From positions 1 to 18,318 of the forward strand of contig JBBHKD010000030.1 of the NCBI GenBank assembly GCA_037447605.1: a DNA stretch of 18,318 nucleotides, given 5' to 3'. Positions 8,426 through 18,057 of the stretch are shown here, piece after piece. The DNA comes from Zygnema circumcarinatum SAG 698-1b (Eukaryota > Plantae > Zygnematophyceae). Within the stretch, counting starts at the first letter, position 1, and each line of letters begins with the position of its first letter. The position numbers and the translations under genes are program-made. The notes beneath the pieces were generated by a model. The model worked only from the letters and a program-made list of their open reading frames with translations, did not search any database and was not told the origin of the DNA.

Positions 8426-10004
8426 TAAATACATGCCCGGATGAAGCTCAAAACTTTCTTCATCTTCCACTTGGGCCACATACCGCTTCCTCCACAAACT
8501 GCCTTCCATCCACCCCTTGCCAGGTGCGCACAGCGGAAAACTAAACGCGTCACCTACAAGAACACTTCAACTCCTCCATGGTCTTGGCTCCTCAAGTCCA
8601 CGCTCCTCCAATGATCTCCTCGTGTGGAGCAACACACCGCCCATACAATGGCTGCCTCCACTCATCCACCACGTCAATCCAACACGAGGACTCACATGAC
8701 AAATGATGCAGTAATAAGGAGAAAGCCCACGGCCATAAAACTCCTTAAACTTCAAGAGTGTAATACAAGCTCTTTGAGGAAATCTACATAATCCCTTATG
8801 CTAGATTCTCCTCCTCACATAATATCCTATTCTCGATAGCCTACACACACACGGCTACTGATGTAAAGCGCCTTTTGCCTCCGCAGACTCCTCTGCCTCC
8901 AACACATGAGGGACACATCATCTAACTTCTTCACTAAAGCAGCATGATGAGAGCTAGTTCTCACGACCTTACGTGCCTGGGCGGACTCCTCTACGCCTCA
9001 ACCTCTGCTTGCTCTTCCTAAACAACCGACGACAGAGCAGCATTACATTCAGAGAGAGTTGAGCTTGAGTTAGTGAGTGAGTTGAGTGAGAGAGCCAAGC
9101 TTGCTCTCTCTTAAGCAACCATGGCGATGTGACGTGACACAATTGTCACGTCACGGCCGGCCCTTGCATTCCGCTGAGTGAGCGCACTCAAAATTAGCGA
9201 CCAGCTAGTCGCCTCATAAACCTCACGGTGAGCGACCTGAACTATTGTCCATCGATGCAGTTCAGCGGCAGCGACCCTCGTGCTTCTTGGCGTAGGCCAT
9301 TACGCGTACACTCGAGCCAGCGAACCCACTCGCGAGTGGTCCACGTAAGCGGCGTCTCGATTCGCCGCCCGACATTCCCTTGTATGCGTTTCAGCGCGCA
9401 ACTTTGCTCTCCGGCGTTTGGCGCTTAACGCGCGACCAATCAGAATCGCTTCGTCGATGCCGGCGCACTTTCGCGCGCACCGGCAGCTTTGCGCTCCATT
9501 ACTCCACACTGTGGCTGCGACCAATGTGCCTCCAAATATCTCACAAGTTCTCCACCGACATTGCGAACCTGCGTCACGTCACACTCCGAGATGCGCCGAG
9601 TTTTGCGTGCTGTCTCGACCAATCATGTCGCTTCACACAAATCCGCCTCCCGCGCTTCCAAATCTCCGCTTCCGCAAACTTCCGCGTCGTCCGTACAATT
9701 CGCGCGCCGTCCGTACGGCTTCGCTTGCTCCAATCGTCAAGCGCACTCAGCGCCCCCTTTTAATTCGATCTAAGTCAAAGCCGCAAACCTCGACCCTAGA
9801 CTATTCCTAGACCTGCGTACAGTGCCCTAATGATCACGGGCACCCCCATGTTGATCCTACCACACCAAACATGACCGTTCATGCATGACATTGTCCCTAT
9901 ACCAGCACATTGATCTCACGGTCAACATTCATGCTAGGATTTAGAAACCACCAACACCTTGATGTACCCAATACATCAACAGCGAACTGTCCACGCAGCT
10001 ACTC
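8426..10004. other. ~1.58 kb segment unique to element B between the pol end and the conserved pre-PPT region
   Basis: Absent from the equivalent position of A2, where the pol end runs directly into GGACTTGGCCGGGATT. Bounded by GGAAGGGA at 8418-8425 and 10005-10012. Confidence 0.7.
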
Positions 10005-10128
10005 GGAAGGGACTTGGCCGGGATTAACTGAGCCCTCCATTACACCCACATGACGGTAGATACCTCTTAAAAGCTGCTTGAGGTGCCAGTTACTTTTCCC
10101 GGTGAGCGAGGCGTTCCGCATTACTCAC

Positions 10129-10135
10129 GAGGGTA
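10129..10135 (+). promoter_or_regulatory. Polypurine tract of element B (short)
   Basis: GAGGGTA directly before the 3' LTR TG. Context GTGAGCGAGGCGTTC..CATT.CTC..GAGGG matches the A2 pre-LTR region. Confidence 0.65.
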
Positions 10136-10155
10136 TGTGTGGCGTGCCTTCGGCG
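10136..10155 (+). repeat. First ~20 bp of the 3' LTR of element B
   Basis: TGTGTGGCGTGCCTTCGGCG resembles the B 5' LTR start TGTAGCGTGCCCTTCTGGCGGCG. The LTR continues at 17411 (TGACC..). Start is 10136 or 10138. Confidence 0.75.
10151..10155 (+). repeat. Left TSD of element A2 (CGGCG)
   Basis: Partner CAGCG at 17406-17410 (4/5, a CpG-type transition). The uninterrupted B 5' LTR has one CGGCG before TGACC (2906-2910). Confidence 0.82.
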
Positions 10156-10912
10156 TGTAGCTGGCCTTCTGATCACCCCAAGGGGAAGGGTATAGAGCCC
10201 GAAGCGTGGCTTTATGTTTCCATCAATGCGGTACCCTACTTGGTTAAAGCGCCGGATACCCTATAGAACGAGGAGAGTCTGAGTTCCGAACTATAAGAAG
10301 CTGGATTGCCCGTGGGGCCGCCACATAATCTATGGGCCCCGTCGGCGACAAGGTCCCCTCTCTCGGCCGTAGGGAGGATCCGCGAGGCTTTCGCGGCACC
10401 CGCAGGACCAATCCGATTCGCGATTGGGCGTCGAGGGCCGCGGCCGAATCCCCTTTAGGTACTTGCGATAAGGTAAAATGCGTTACTTGATTTACCCGAT
10501 AAAATGCAGACCTTGGTATCCCGGTCGAGCAGCGCCCAGCGCGCCAGGCTCCGGCCGTGCACAGCATCTGGCTTAGCGCTGCCAGCACGTCGCGCTTGCG
10601 CCAGCAAATGCGGCGAGCATTAAATGCGTTATACACCTCACGACCCATGCGAGTCGAGGAACCGTCGCGATTTGCCGTGGACAGCCCTTCTTCAATCCTC
10701 CATCTTTGGTAGGAGGTTCAGCGAAGGCGTATAGGGGCGTGGGTATTTGTCGTCACCCAACCAACATACCGGCATACGGTGGCACGCCCTTCAGGGGCTG
10801 CTCCCCACTCGGAAGCGCTCTCTCTCTCTCTCTCTCGCTCTCTCCCTCTCTTTGCTGAACCCTGAAGTGTAATTCCGCGCACGGCTGAAGGGGCTAGATT
10901 TCAGTCGTGACA
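10156..10912 (+). repeat. 5' LTR of element A2
   Basis: TGTAGC...GTGACA. 10748-10901 is identical to 17241-17394. Followed by a PBS. Confidence 0.92.
10730..10737 (+). promoter_or_regulatory. Possible TATA-like element of the family A LTR, upstream of a CT-rich tract
   Basis: TATAGGGG is present in all three A LTRs (1800-1807, 10730-10737, 17223-17230), ~85 bp upstream of a (CT)n tract (1886-1912, 10818-10853, 17311-17346). Function is inferred from position only. Confidence 0.35.
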
Positions 10913-10914
10913 TT

Positions 10915-10926
10915 TGGTATCAGAGC
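10915..10926 (+). promoter_or_regulatory. Primer binding site, tRNA-iMet (A2)
   Basis: TGGTATCAGAGC, 2 nt after the LTR terminal CA. Confidence 0.92.
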
Positions 10927-10963
10927 AGGTTTTCGTTTCTTTTTAGGAAGGAACCTGTTGGTC

Positions 10964-12265
10964 ATGGTGACCACTCGCCGGGCCGGAGGGGACCCGGGGC
11001 CCTCGGGGCCGCCACCTCCACCTCCCGTTCCCCGGGACGAGGAGATGGAGGAGAACTCGGAGACTACGCCCGTCCCTATGGAGGGCGAGTCGAGCCCGCG
11101 AGCCAAGGTCACCCCGGAGACCCTCGCCCCCTCTTCCACCCAGCAGGGCCCGTGGCTCGGCCAAAGCCTCAAGCCCGGGCCTACCCCATGATGGGCCCAC
11201 ATCACACCGATAGTAGCGGCCAGAAGATGAGAGCAGGATTGAGATTTGGGAAGAAGCCTGAGAAGCGAGCGTGAACACGTTGGCTGCTCAAGGAAGGTGG
11301 GCGACATGGAGCTCCGCGGTCCGCCCGTCACGGTGAACCGCTCAAGCGAGTTCGAACGCTTTGGACTGACCGGAGGATCGAAAGAAAGGTATGCCCCGAA
11401 CCCCCAGGCTGTAGGGCGGTGGATGCATGGTCACGGGAAGGGTTAAGCGGTACTCGGTGGCGTCGTCGTCGCCGGCGCCCCAACACGCTTTGACGGCCCG
11501 GCTGATCGGACCCCTGGTTTCCGCGAGGGGAGTCACTTACGGGGTGACCGAACCACCAGCGATGGGGACCCCGTCGTGCCTTCTTGGCGGAGAATCGATC
11601 CTGCGGACCGCTCCCATAACCCTGAAGGATACCCGGCGGAATCCGGGCCAAAGTAGCCCGCTTTCTTTTGGGGCGAACATCCTACCACGGACTGCTCGAT
11701 TGAGCAGTGGTTGGGTCAAACGAAGGGTTACCTTCTGGCGACCAACTGTCCCCCCCTGCATGGGTAAGCTTTGCTTACCCAGCACTCAGAGGAGCCGCAT
11801 ACCGTGTGTATGAGGGCCTCTCTGATGAGATTGGGGACGATTGGGATAAGTTCAGAGATGAACTTATCAAGCACTTTGGGGCCTTGGATCCCGGCTTGGA
11901 GGCCCGGGATAAGTTTCAGAACATGGTCCAAACCGGCAGCGTCAAGCAGTTTCTGCGAGACCTGCGACAAGTGGTGCCTCAGATCACCACTCACAAGCCT
12001 GGACAGGCTGAGTTCTTTTTCCACTTCAGGAATGGCTTGAAGCCACACCTGAGGAAGCAGCNNNNNNNNNNAGCAGCCGGAAGTGGCTGCCCGCCCACCC
12101 ACTGCACGGCCGCAGAAGTTGACTCCAGAGGAAATGGAGAAGATGCAGCGGGAGAACAAGTGTTTCCGTTGCCGCAAGGAGGGGCATAAGGCCCGAGATT
12201 GCCCTCTGAACTCCAAGGACAGGAAGGGCAAGGGGCCGGAAAACCCCAACCCACCAGCAGCTTAG
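10964..12265 (+). pseudogene. gag: gag of element A2 (gag core and CCHC zinc knuckle); 5' half frameshifted; one N gap
   Basis: MVTTRRAGG start. Clean core 11707-12061 (WVSFAYPALRGAAYRVYE..WDKFRDELIKHF..QTGSVKQF..FRNGLKPHLR). CFRCRKEGHKARDC (CX2CX4HX4C) at 12161-12202. TAG at 12263-12265. Confidence 0.88.
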
Positions 12266-12282
12266 GAGTCGTTGCTGGTGGG
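12238..12282 (+). promoter_or_regulatory. Candidate -1 ribosomal frameshift signal (element A2)
   Basis: G_GAA_AAC in the gag frame (12238-12244), 5-nt spacer, stem CCCACCAGCAGC/GTTGCTGGTGGG (12250-12261/12271-12282), with gag TAG in the 9-nt loop. Confidence 0.72.
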
Positions 12283-12855
12283 GACGATAGGCTGGGGAAT
12301 CAGGGAGTCGTGGCTGCCATCACAATTAGGAAATTGTTGTTCCTTCGACCTCTGGATATTGTGAAATTGATGGGCAGACCTTTCGGAGTGCATGACTTGT
12401 TTGTTTGTAATGCGCTTCCGGATGCAATTCCTTTATCCCCCGCCACTGTGGTGACTCTTTCTAAATTTATGGATGTAGTGATGAATGGTGATTGGCATGT
12501 CTTTATCCTCAATGTCATGGGCGATGATGTTCTCATGCAATGTGCCATGGATGCTTTGCATGTCATGGGAAACACCTCCATGTCTTGAAGTGCATGTTTG
12601 GTTCCTCAGCATGGCGGAGTTCGCACCTTTCCCCAGCGCCGCCTTCTTGGCGGTTGGTGAAGCGATTGAGGAAGGGCACCGCGTTGGTGCAAGGGATGGA
12701 AGGACCCACCAGCTTGCTGGTTGGCTCACCCTACACATTGGTGTGGAGGACGGCTCGTCCTCAACCCTCGCATATAGTGCGATCTATGTTCCATCTTGCC
12801 CATCGTGCCATGACCTTCATCGGATCAGCCAATGGCCACCCAGCANNNNNNNNNN

Positions 12856-14449
12856 ACAAGGGCTGGATAGAACCCAGTCAAAGCCCCTTTGGGGCGCCCA
12901 TCTTGTTCGTTGGGAAGAAAGATGGTTCGTTGAGGATGTGCATTGATTATCGCGCACTCAACAAGATTACTGTAAAGAATCGATTTGCTTTACCACGTAT
13001 CGATGATCTGTTGGATCGTCTTCACGGTGCCAAAGTGTTCACATCACTTGATCTTGCTCAGGGGTACCATCAGATCCGTGTTACGGAAGCTGATGTGCCA
13101 AAAACTGCGTTCCGAACGCCGATTGGTCATTTCCAATATAAGGTGTTGCCCTTTGGATTGACTAATGCTCCGGCGACTTTCCAGGCTGTGATGAACGAGA
13201 TGTTCATAGGCATGGATGACTTTGTTTTGGTTTACCTCGATGATATCCTTGTCTTCAGTAAGACGAAGGAGGAACATCTTGAACACGTTCGGAAAGTGTT
13301 TGAGACCCTGAGGGAAACACCAATTTTATGCCAAGAGGAAGAAGTGTCACTTCATGCAACGTGAGTTGCTTTATCTTGGGCATATTCTCAATGATCAGGG
13401 CCTTCGGCCTGATCCTGCCAAAGTTTCCGCGGTAGAAACTTGGGCGCCACCGACTGACTTGCATCAGTTGCGGTCTTTTCTGGGCTTTGCGAATTATTTT
13501 CGTAAGTTCATCCAAGGGTTTAGTAAACTCGTTACCCCCTTGACTAATTTGACACGTTCCGGTGTCCCCTTTACATGGACCCCTGAATGCCAGGATGCAT
13601 TCGAAGGTGTGCGCCATGCACTTGTTACCGCACCCACTCTCCGTTTAGCNNNNNNNNNNACAAGGGCTGGATAGAACCCAGTCAAAGCCCCTTTGGGGCG
13701 CCCATCTTGTTCGTTGGGAAGAAAGATGGTTCGTTGAGGATGTGCATTGATTATCGCGCACTCAACAAGATTACTGTAAAGAATCGATTTGCTTTACCAC
13801 GTATCGATGATCTGTTGGATCGTCTTCACGGTGCCAAAGTGTTCACATCACTTGATCTTGCTCAGGGGTACCATCAGATCCGTGTTACGGAAGCTGATGT
13901 GCCAAAAACTGCGTTCCGAACGCCGATTGGTCATTTCCAATATAAGGTGTTGCCCTTTGGATTGACTAATGCTCCGGCGACTTTCCAGGCTGTGATGAAC
14001 GAGATGTTCATAGGCATGGATGACTTTGTTTTGGTTTACCTCGATGATATCCTTGTCTTCAGTAAGACGAAGGAGGAACATCTTGAACACGTTCGGAAAG
14101 TGTTTGAGACCCTGAGGAAACACCAATTTTATGCCAAGAGGAAGAAGTGTCACTTCATGCAACGTGAGTTGCTTTATCTTGGGCATATTCTCAATGATCA
14201 GGGCCTTCGGCCTGATCCTGCCAAAGTTTCCGCGGTAGAAACTTGGGCGCCACCGACTGACTTGCATCAGTTGCGGTCTTTTCTGGGCTTTGCGAATTAT
14301 TTTCGTAAGTTCATCCAAGGGTTTAGTAAACTCGTTACCCCCTTGACTAATTTGACACGTTCCGGTGTCCCCTTTACATGGACCCCTGAATGCCAGGATG
14401 CATTCGAAGGTGTGCGCCATGCACTTGTTACCGCACCCACTCTCCGTTT
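12856..14449 (+). repeat. Tandem ~790 bp duplication of the RT block across an N gap (12856-13649 and 13660-14449)
   Basis: Both copies start ACAAGGGCTGGATAGAACCC immediately after a 10-N gap and read identically except for one extra G near 13314 in copy 1. Confidence 0.95.
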
Positions 14450-16279
14450 GGTTGGTAGCTTATGTGAAGTGGTTTGTGGCGGCTTGAGTTCGCCTTGGAG
14501 TGCGTCTTGTTTCGAAGGATGGTCAACCTACGGTATGAAAGTGCATAAAATGAATCGGCGGCGTAACTATTACGCAGCGAGCGAGGCGCTGCGGTGGTCC
14601 ACTTGCTCCCCGAGAACATGGCGGTGCTATTTAGAAGTAGCGGTCACGCTGGTCATACGACCACCGCCCGTACAGCACGTTCCTCTCCAACCCAAGCGAG
14701 ACCACTGTGTCTAGAAGCGGCCGAGCCGCGGCTGATGCAGGGATTCCTCAAGGTTTGTTGCCGGTGGGTTTTATGGGCCGGAGAAATTTGGTGTAAGGAA
14801 AAACCCGAGTAGGCGCTCTCGGCATCTTCACGGATGGTGCTTCGTCGACTTCAGTGTTGGTGGAGCGAGATGGCGAGTGAGGGGGCGGCCAACCCCGAGT
14901 CTCCGTCTCCAGTATGCTTTGTCATAGATCCCTCCACCAGTGACGCAGTCAACCCTCCTGCTCTCTCTGAACTCAGACAGATGATCCAGGAGGGGTATGC
15001 TGGTGATCCTTTGTTCCTGGATGGCCAAGGTAATGGCTATAAGGACAAAGTGGTGTCTAAGGACGGATTCTGGTACCACGGCCCGTGATTAGTCGTGCCC
15101 AGGCGGGGGCCCATGCTGGCGGCTCGATACGGGTAGAGCTACATGATCCTCCGTGCGAGGTCACATAGGTTGCCAAAACCGTGAGGCCGCTGCTCAGAAG
15201 TTGGTGGCTGCGGACTCACCGAGGGATGTGGCGTAATGGCGCACCGGCTTGTGTCCAACTTGTCAGCGAAACAAACCCCGCCTTTGGCGAAGGATCCACG
15301 GCCGGTACGCAGCCCCTCACCTCCTTTTCGGAAATGGGATAGTGTGGGTATGGACTGATCACCGAGATCTTCACAGCAGCACCTCGAGAACATGACTCCA
15401 TCCTGCGTCTTTGTCGTCATTTCGGCAAGATGGTGCATTTCGCCAACTACTAAGGCAATTTGGGGCCGGCAGATTACGCGATTTGTATGTTGACAAAGTA
15501 TGGAGCGGCATGGTCTTCGGTCGGTGTAATGGAAACCCGTGATCCCTGCGTTACGGCCATTTTTTGGGCCGGAAGTGCTCAAAATCGTGTAGGGACGAAG
15601 CAGGCGTTAGTCTGACTTTCCACCCACAAACCGATGGCCAGACGGAACGGGTGAACAGGATCCTGGAAGATTACCTCCGGCATTATGTGGGACCTACCCC
15701 GGATGGGTGGGACGAACTGCTCCCAGTGGCTGAGTATGCCATCAGTAAATGCTTACGAAGTCATTGGTACCACCCCTTTCTTCTTGAACTGGCCGGCATC
15801 CTCTAAATCCCACAGCCAAGGATCCAGCCCCGATCAAGAGTGGAACATGGTGATCCACGAAACCCGATCCTTGGGGCTGAGGGAGGGGTGATGGGACTCA
15901 ACCTCCCGCAGTCAGATCTTTTGTCCGACTAATGTCTGAGGCGCTGCAGAGGGCACGGCAGACCCTGCTAGCGGCCCAGTCGCGACAAAAGGCCTATGCT
16001 GACCGTCACCGTACCCAACTCACCTTCAACGAAGGCGATGAGGTGTTGCTAAGTACGGCGAACTTGAGACTCAAAGCTTATGGCGGAACACGTAAGCTGT
16101 GGCCCCGCTTCATCGGACCTTTCAGGGTCGTGAAGCGAATCAATGATGTCGCTTACAGGTTGGATTTACCATCCCACATGAAGGTGCATCCGGTCTTTCA
16201 TGTGGGTTTGCTAAAGGTCTACCGTAGCGATGGGAGGATCCAACCACCTCCCCCACCAGTGGAACTTGAAGGTGAACTT

Positions 16280-16450
16280 GAGTATGAGGTTGAAACCATT
16301 CAAGCCCACCGTCTTGTGAGCAAGGGTCGATCTTCCCGCGTCCGCGAATACCTGCGTGAAGTGGTTGAAATTTTATGGGGTTGAACATAGCACATAGGAA
16401 GCGAGGGCAACAACCAATTGCCGAGGAAGCTCATCAACTTTATGCTGGGA
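16280..16450 (+). other. Chromodomain of the element A2 integrase (partly garbled)
   Basis: EYEVETIQAHR..REYL, followed by GGTTGAACATAGCAC, the same nucleotides that encode GVEHST in the B chromodomain (8257-8271). Confidence 0.8.
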
Positions 16451-16645
16451 GGCGCGAGGCGCGGGGAAGCGGCGAGGCGACGCGGGGGGATTCCGGAGCC
16501 GTCCAGCGCAACTTGAGGAAAAAGGACTTGGCCGGGATTGCTCGGTGAGCCCTCGGTTATCCGCGTGGGATTCGGCGGCGTCGCAGTTGAAACTACGGTG
16601 CCTTTACTACCCCACTTAGCGTGAGCGAGGCGTTCACATTCTCCT

Positions 16646-16652
16646 GAGGGAA
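16646..16652 (+). promoter_or_regulatory. Polypurine tract of element A2 (short)
   Basis: GAGGGAA directly before the TG of the 3' LTR. Confidence 0.7.
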
Positions 16653-17405
16653 TGTAGCCAACCTTCTGATCACCCAAGGGGAAAGTTTACTTAGAGCCCG
16701 GCGTGGCTTTATGTTTTCCGTCAATCGCGATACCCTGGTTAAAGCATGCGGATACCCTATAGGGCGAGGAGTCCTAGGTTGAACCTTAAGAACTTCGTTT
16801 CACCGTGGGGCATACACCATCTCTATGGGCCCCACGTCGGCGACCAAGGTCCCCCTCCTCTGGCGTGAGGGAGGATCGCAGAACTAACGGCACCCGCGGG
16901 ACCAATCGGTCCGCTGATTGGATCAGGGCCCGGCCGGATCCCCAGAATTAAGCACGCGTCAGGTAAAGATGCGTTACTTGATTTGATAGTGCAGACGGCC
17001 TGTCGATCCGGAAGCCGGCGCCCTTGTAGAGCTCCGACCCGTGCGCCCAGCTTTGTCTGGCGGCCTTGGCGTCGCTGTGCGCCGCCATCTTGGCGAGCAT
17101 TACGTCGCGTTGTACACCTGCGACCCATGCGGGTCGAGAGAGGGACAAACCGGCGTTTTACCATTGGGCGGCCACTTCCCGATCCTCCATCTTTGGTTAG
17201 GAGGTTAGCCCGAGGGGAAGCGTATAGGGGCGTGGGTGACTGTCGTCACCCAACCAACATACCGGCATACGGTGGCACGCCCTTCAGGGGCTGCTCCCCA
17301 CTCGGAAGCGCTCTCTCTCTCTCTCTCTCGCTCTCTCCCTCTCTTTGCTGAACCCTGAAGTGTAATTCCGCGCACGGCTGAAGGGGCTAGATTTTAGTTG
17401 TGACA
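16653..17405 (+). repeat. 3' LTR of element A2
   Basis: TGTAGC...GTGACA, preceded by a PPT and followed by the TSD CAGCG. Confidence 0.92.
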
Positions 17406-17410
17406 CAGCG

Positions 17411-18057
17411 TGACCCTGGAGGCGTACTCATAGTGATACTATGACTATCCCTTCATCTCAGCGCCTGGCGGATAGGTTAGGACGCTGCCAAGACCGCAGG
17501 AGGTCTTGGGCTCGATCCTTGTGGCGTGCAAAGGATCTCTTTTGGATCGTACTGGTCGTCCGTACAGGTGTACGGACGCACCGACATATCTGAGATCCCG
17601 CGACCAGAAGATTTGGCCCGCACTGGCGCCCTTGCCGCGTCGGCGCCCTTCAGCGGCCGACCAGCGAATCTTGGCCCGGCATCTTTAACAAGTACGCGTC
17701 CGTCGCATGCGGATGAGCAGTCCCGACTACATCGGTCTGCCCGTCTTGCCCGGTAGCGGCAGCGCCCGGCGTCACCGGCGCGCCCCGTGAAATCTTGGCC
17801 CGAGACAGCTGAGCTTGTCTCGGCCGATAACTCGGCTAAGGATCTCCGCCACGCGGCGGGCTCTGATTGGGCAGTCCCGCTCCCGGTCCTCCATGCTAGT
17901 AGGGGGTTCGAAGGGGGGAGCTCAGGGGGGCTGCGCCGGGAGGGGAGACCATCCGAGCTCTTTGTACCAGCATTGAGCTCACGCTCCTCTCTCTCTCTCT
18001 CTTCCTCTCTTGACACTTAGACTCTCAGAGCAGCCTGCCAGGGGGCAGGTTGTTACA
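17411..18057 (+). repeat. Remainder of the 3' LTR of element B
   Basis: Colinear with 2911-3533. Ends GGTTGTTACA and is followed by the TSD ATGAGG. Confidence 0.88.

Larger units (their letters stand above)
5290..8428 (+). pseudogene. pol: pol of element B (PR-RT-RNase H-integrase-chromodomain), with two gaps and many apparent indels
   Basis: Protease C-half DFILGSKWL (5489-5690). [37 protein letters not shown] (5940-6270 clean, then garbled). RNase H LADPRLPYEVVCDASGFALGAVL (~6870-6950). Integrase HDPPYRGHMG..CPTCQR (7432-7809) and IISDRDTRF..STAFHPQTDGQTE (7934-8225). Chromodomain. Stop TAA at 8426-8428. Domain order RT-RH-IN is Ty3/gypsy. Confidence 0.9.
12262..16520 (+). pseudogene. pol: pol of element A2 (RT-RNase H-integrase-GPF-chromodomain; protease presumably lost in the 12846-12855 gap); 3' end approximate
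   Basis: Intact RT 13660-14449 ([59 protein letters not shown]). Garbled RNase H to ~14720. Integrase FHPQTDGQTERVNRILEDYLRHYV (~15620-15690). KLWPRFIGPFRVV..HPVFHVGLLK, then EYEVETI..H (ORF 15932-16384). Confidence 0.92.
10156..17405 (+). mobile_element. Ty3/gypsy chromovirus-type element A2, full length
   Basis: Paired TG..CA LTRs, PBS, gag-pol with chromodomain, PPT and a 5-bp TSD. Confidence 0.93.
2888..18057 (+). mobile_element. Ty3/gypsy chromovirus-type element B, full length, with A2 nested in its 3' LTR
   Basis: 5' LTR 2888-~3535, gag-pol with chromodomain, PPT 10129-10135, 3' LTR split into 10136-10155 plus 17411-18057, and a flanking TSD. Confidence 0.87.

Noticed and set aside
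8418-10012. hAT transposon or MITE (8-bp TSD) or LINE/SINE as the identity of the B cargo
   Set aside because: The ends (TAAATACATG.. and ..CAGCTACTC) are not inverted repeats, and there is no poly(A) or simple-repeat tail and no transposase or RT motif.
12540-12600. CHGCFACHGKH as a possible metal-binding motif before RT (ORF 12540-13364)
   Set aside because: It is in a different frame from the conserved -1 segment, joined to RT only across an N gap, and has no homologous B sequence for comparison.
13848-14420. 190-aa minus-strand ORF, repeated at 13044-13617
   Set aside because: It is an antisense shadow of the RT frame. Its repetition is due to the duplicated block, and B's RT has no equivalent long ORF.
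10156-17405. Calling A2 or B ancient and dead from their many frameshifts and LTR divergence
   Set aside because: The damage is blockwise and indel-dominated next to pristine blocks, so it cannot be separated from sequencing error without raw reads.
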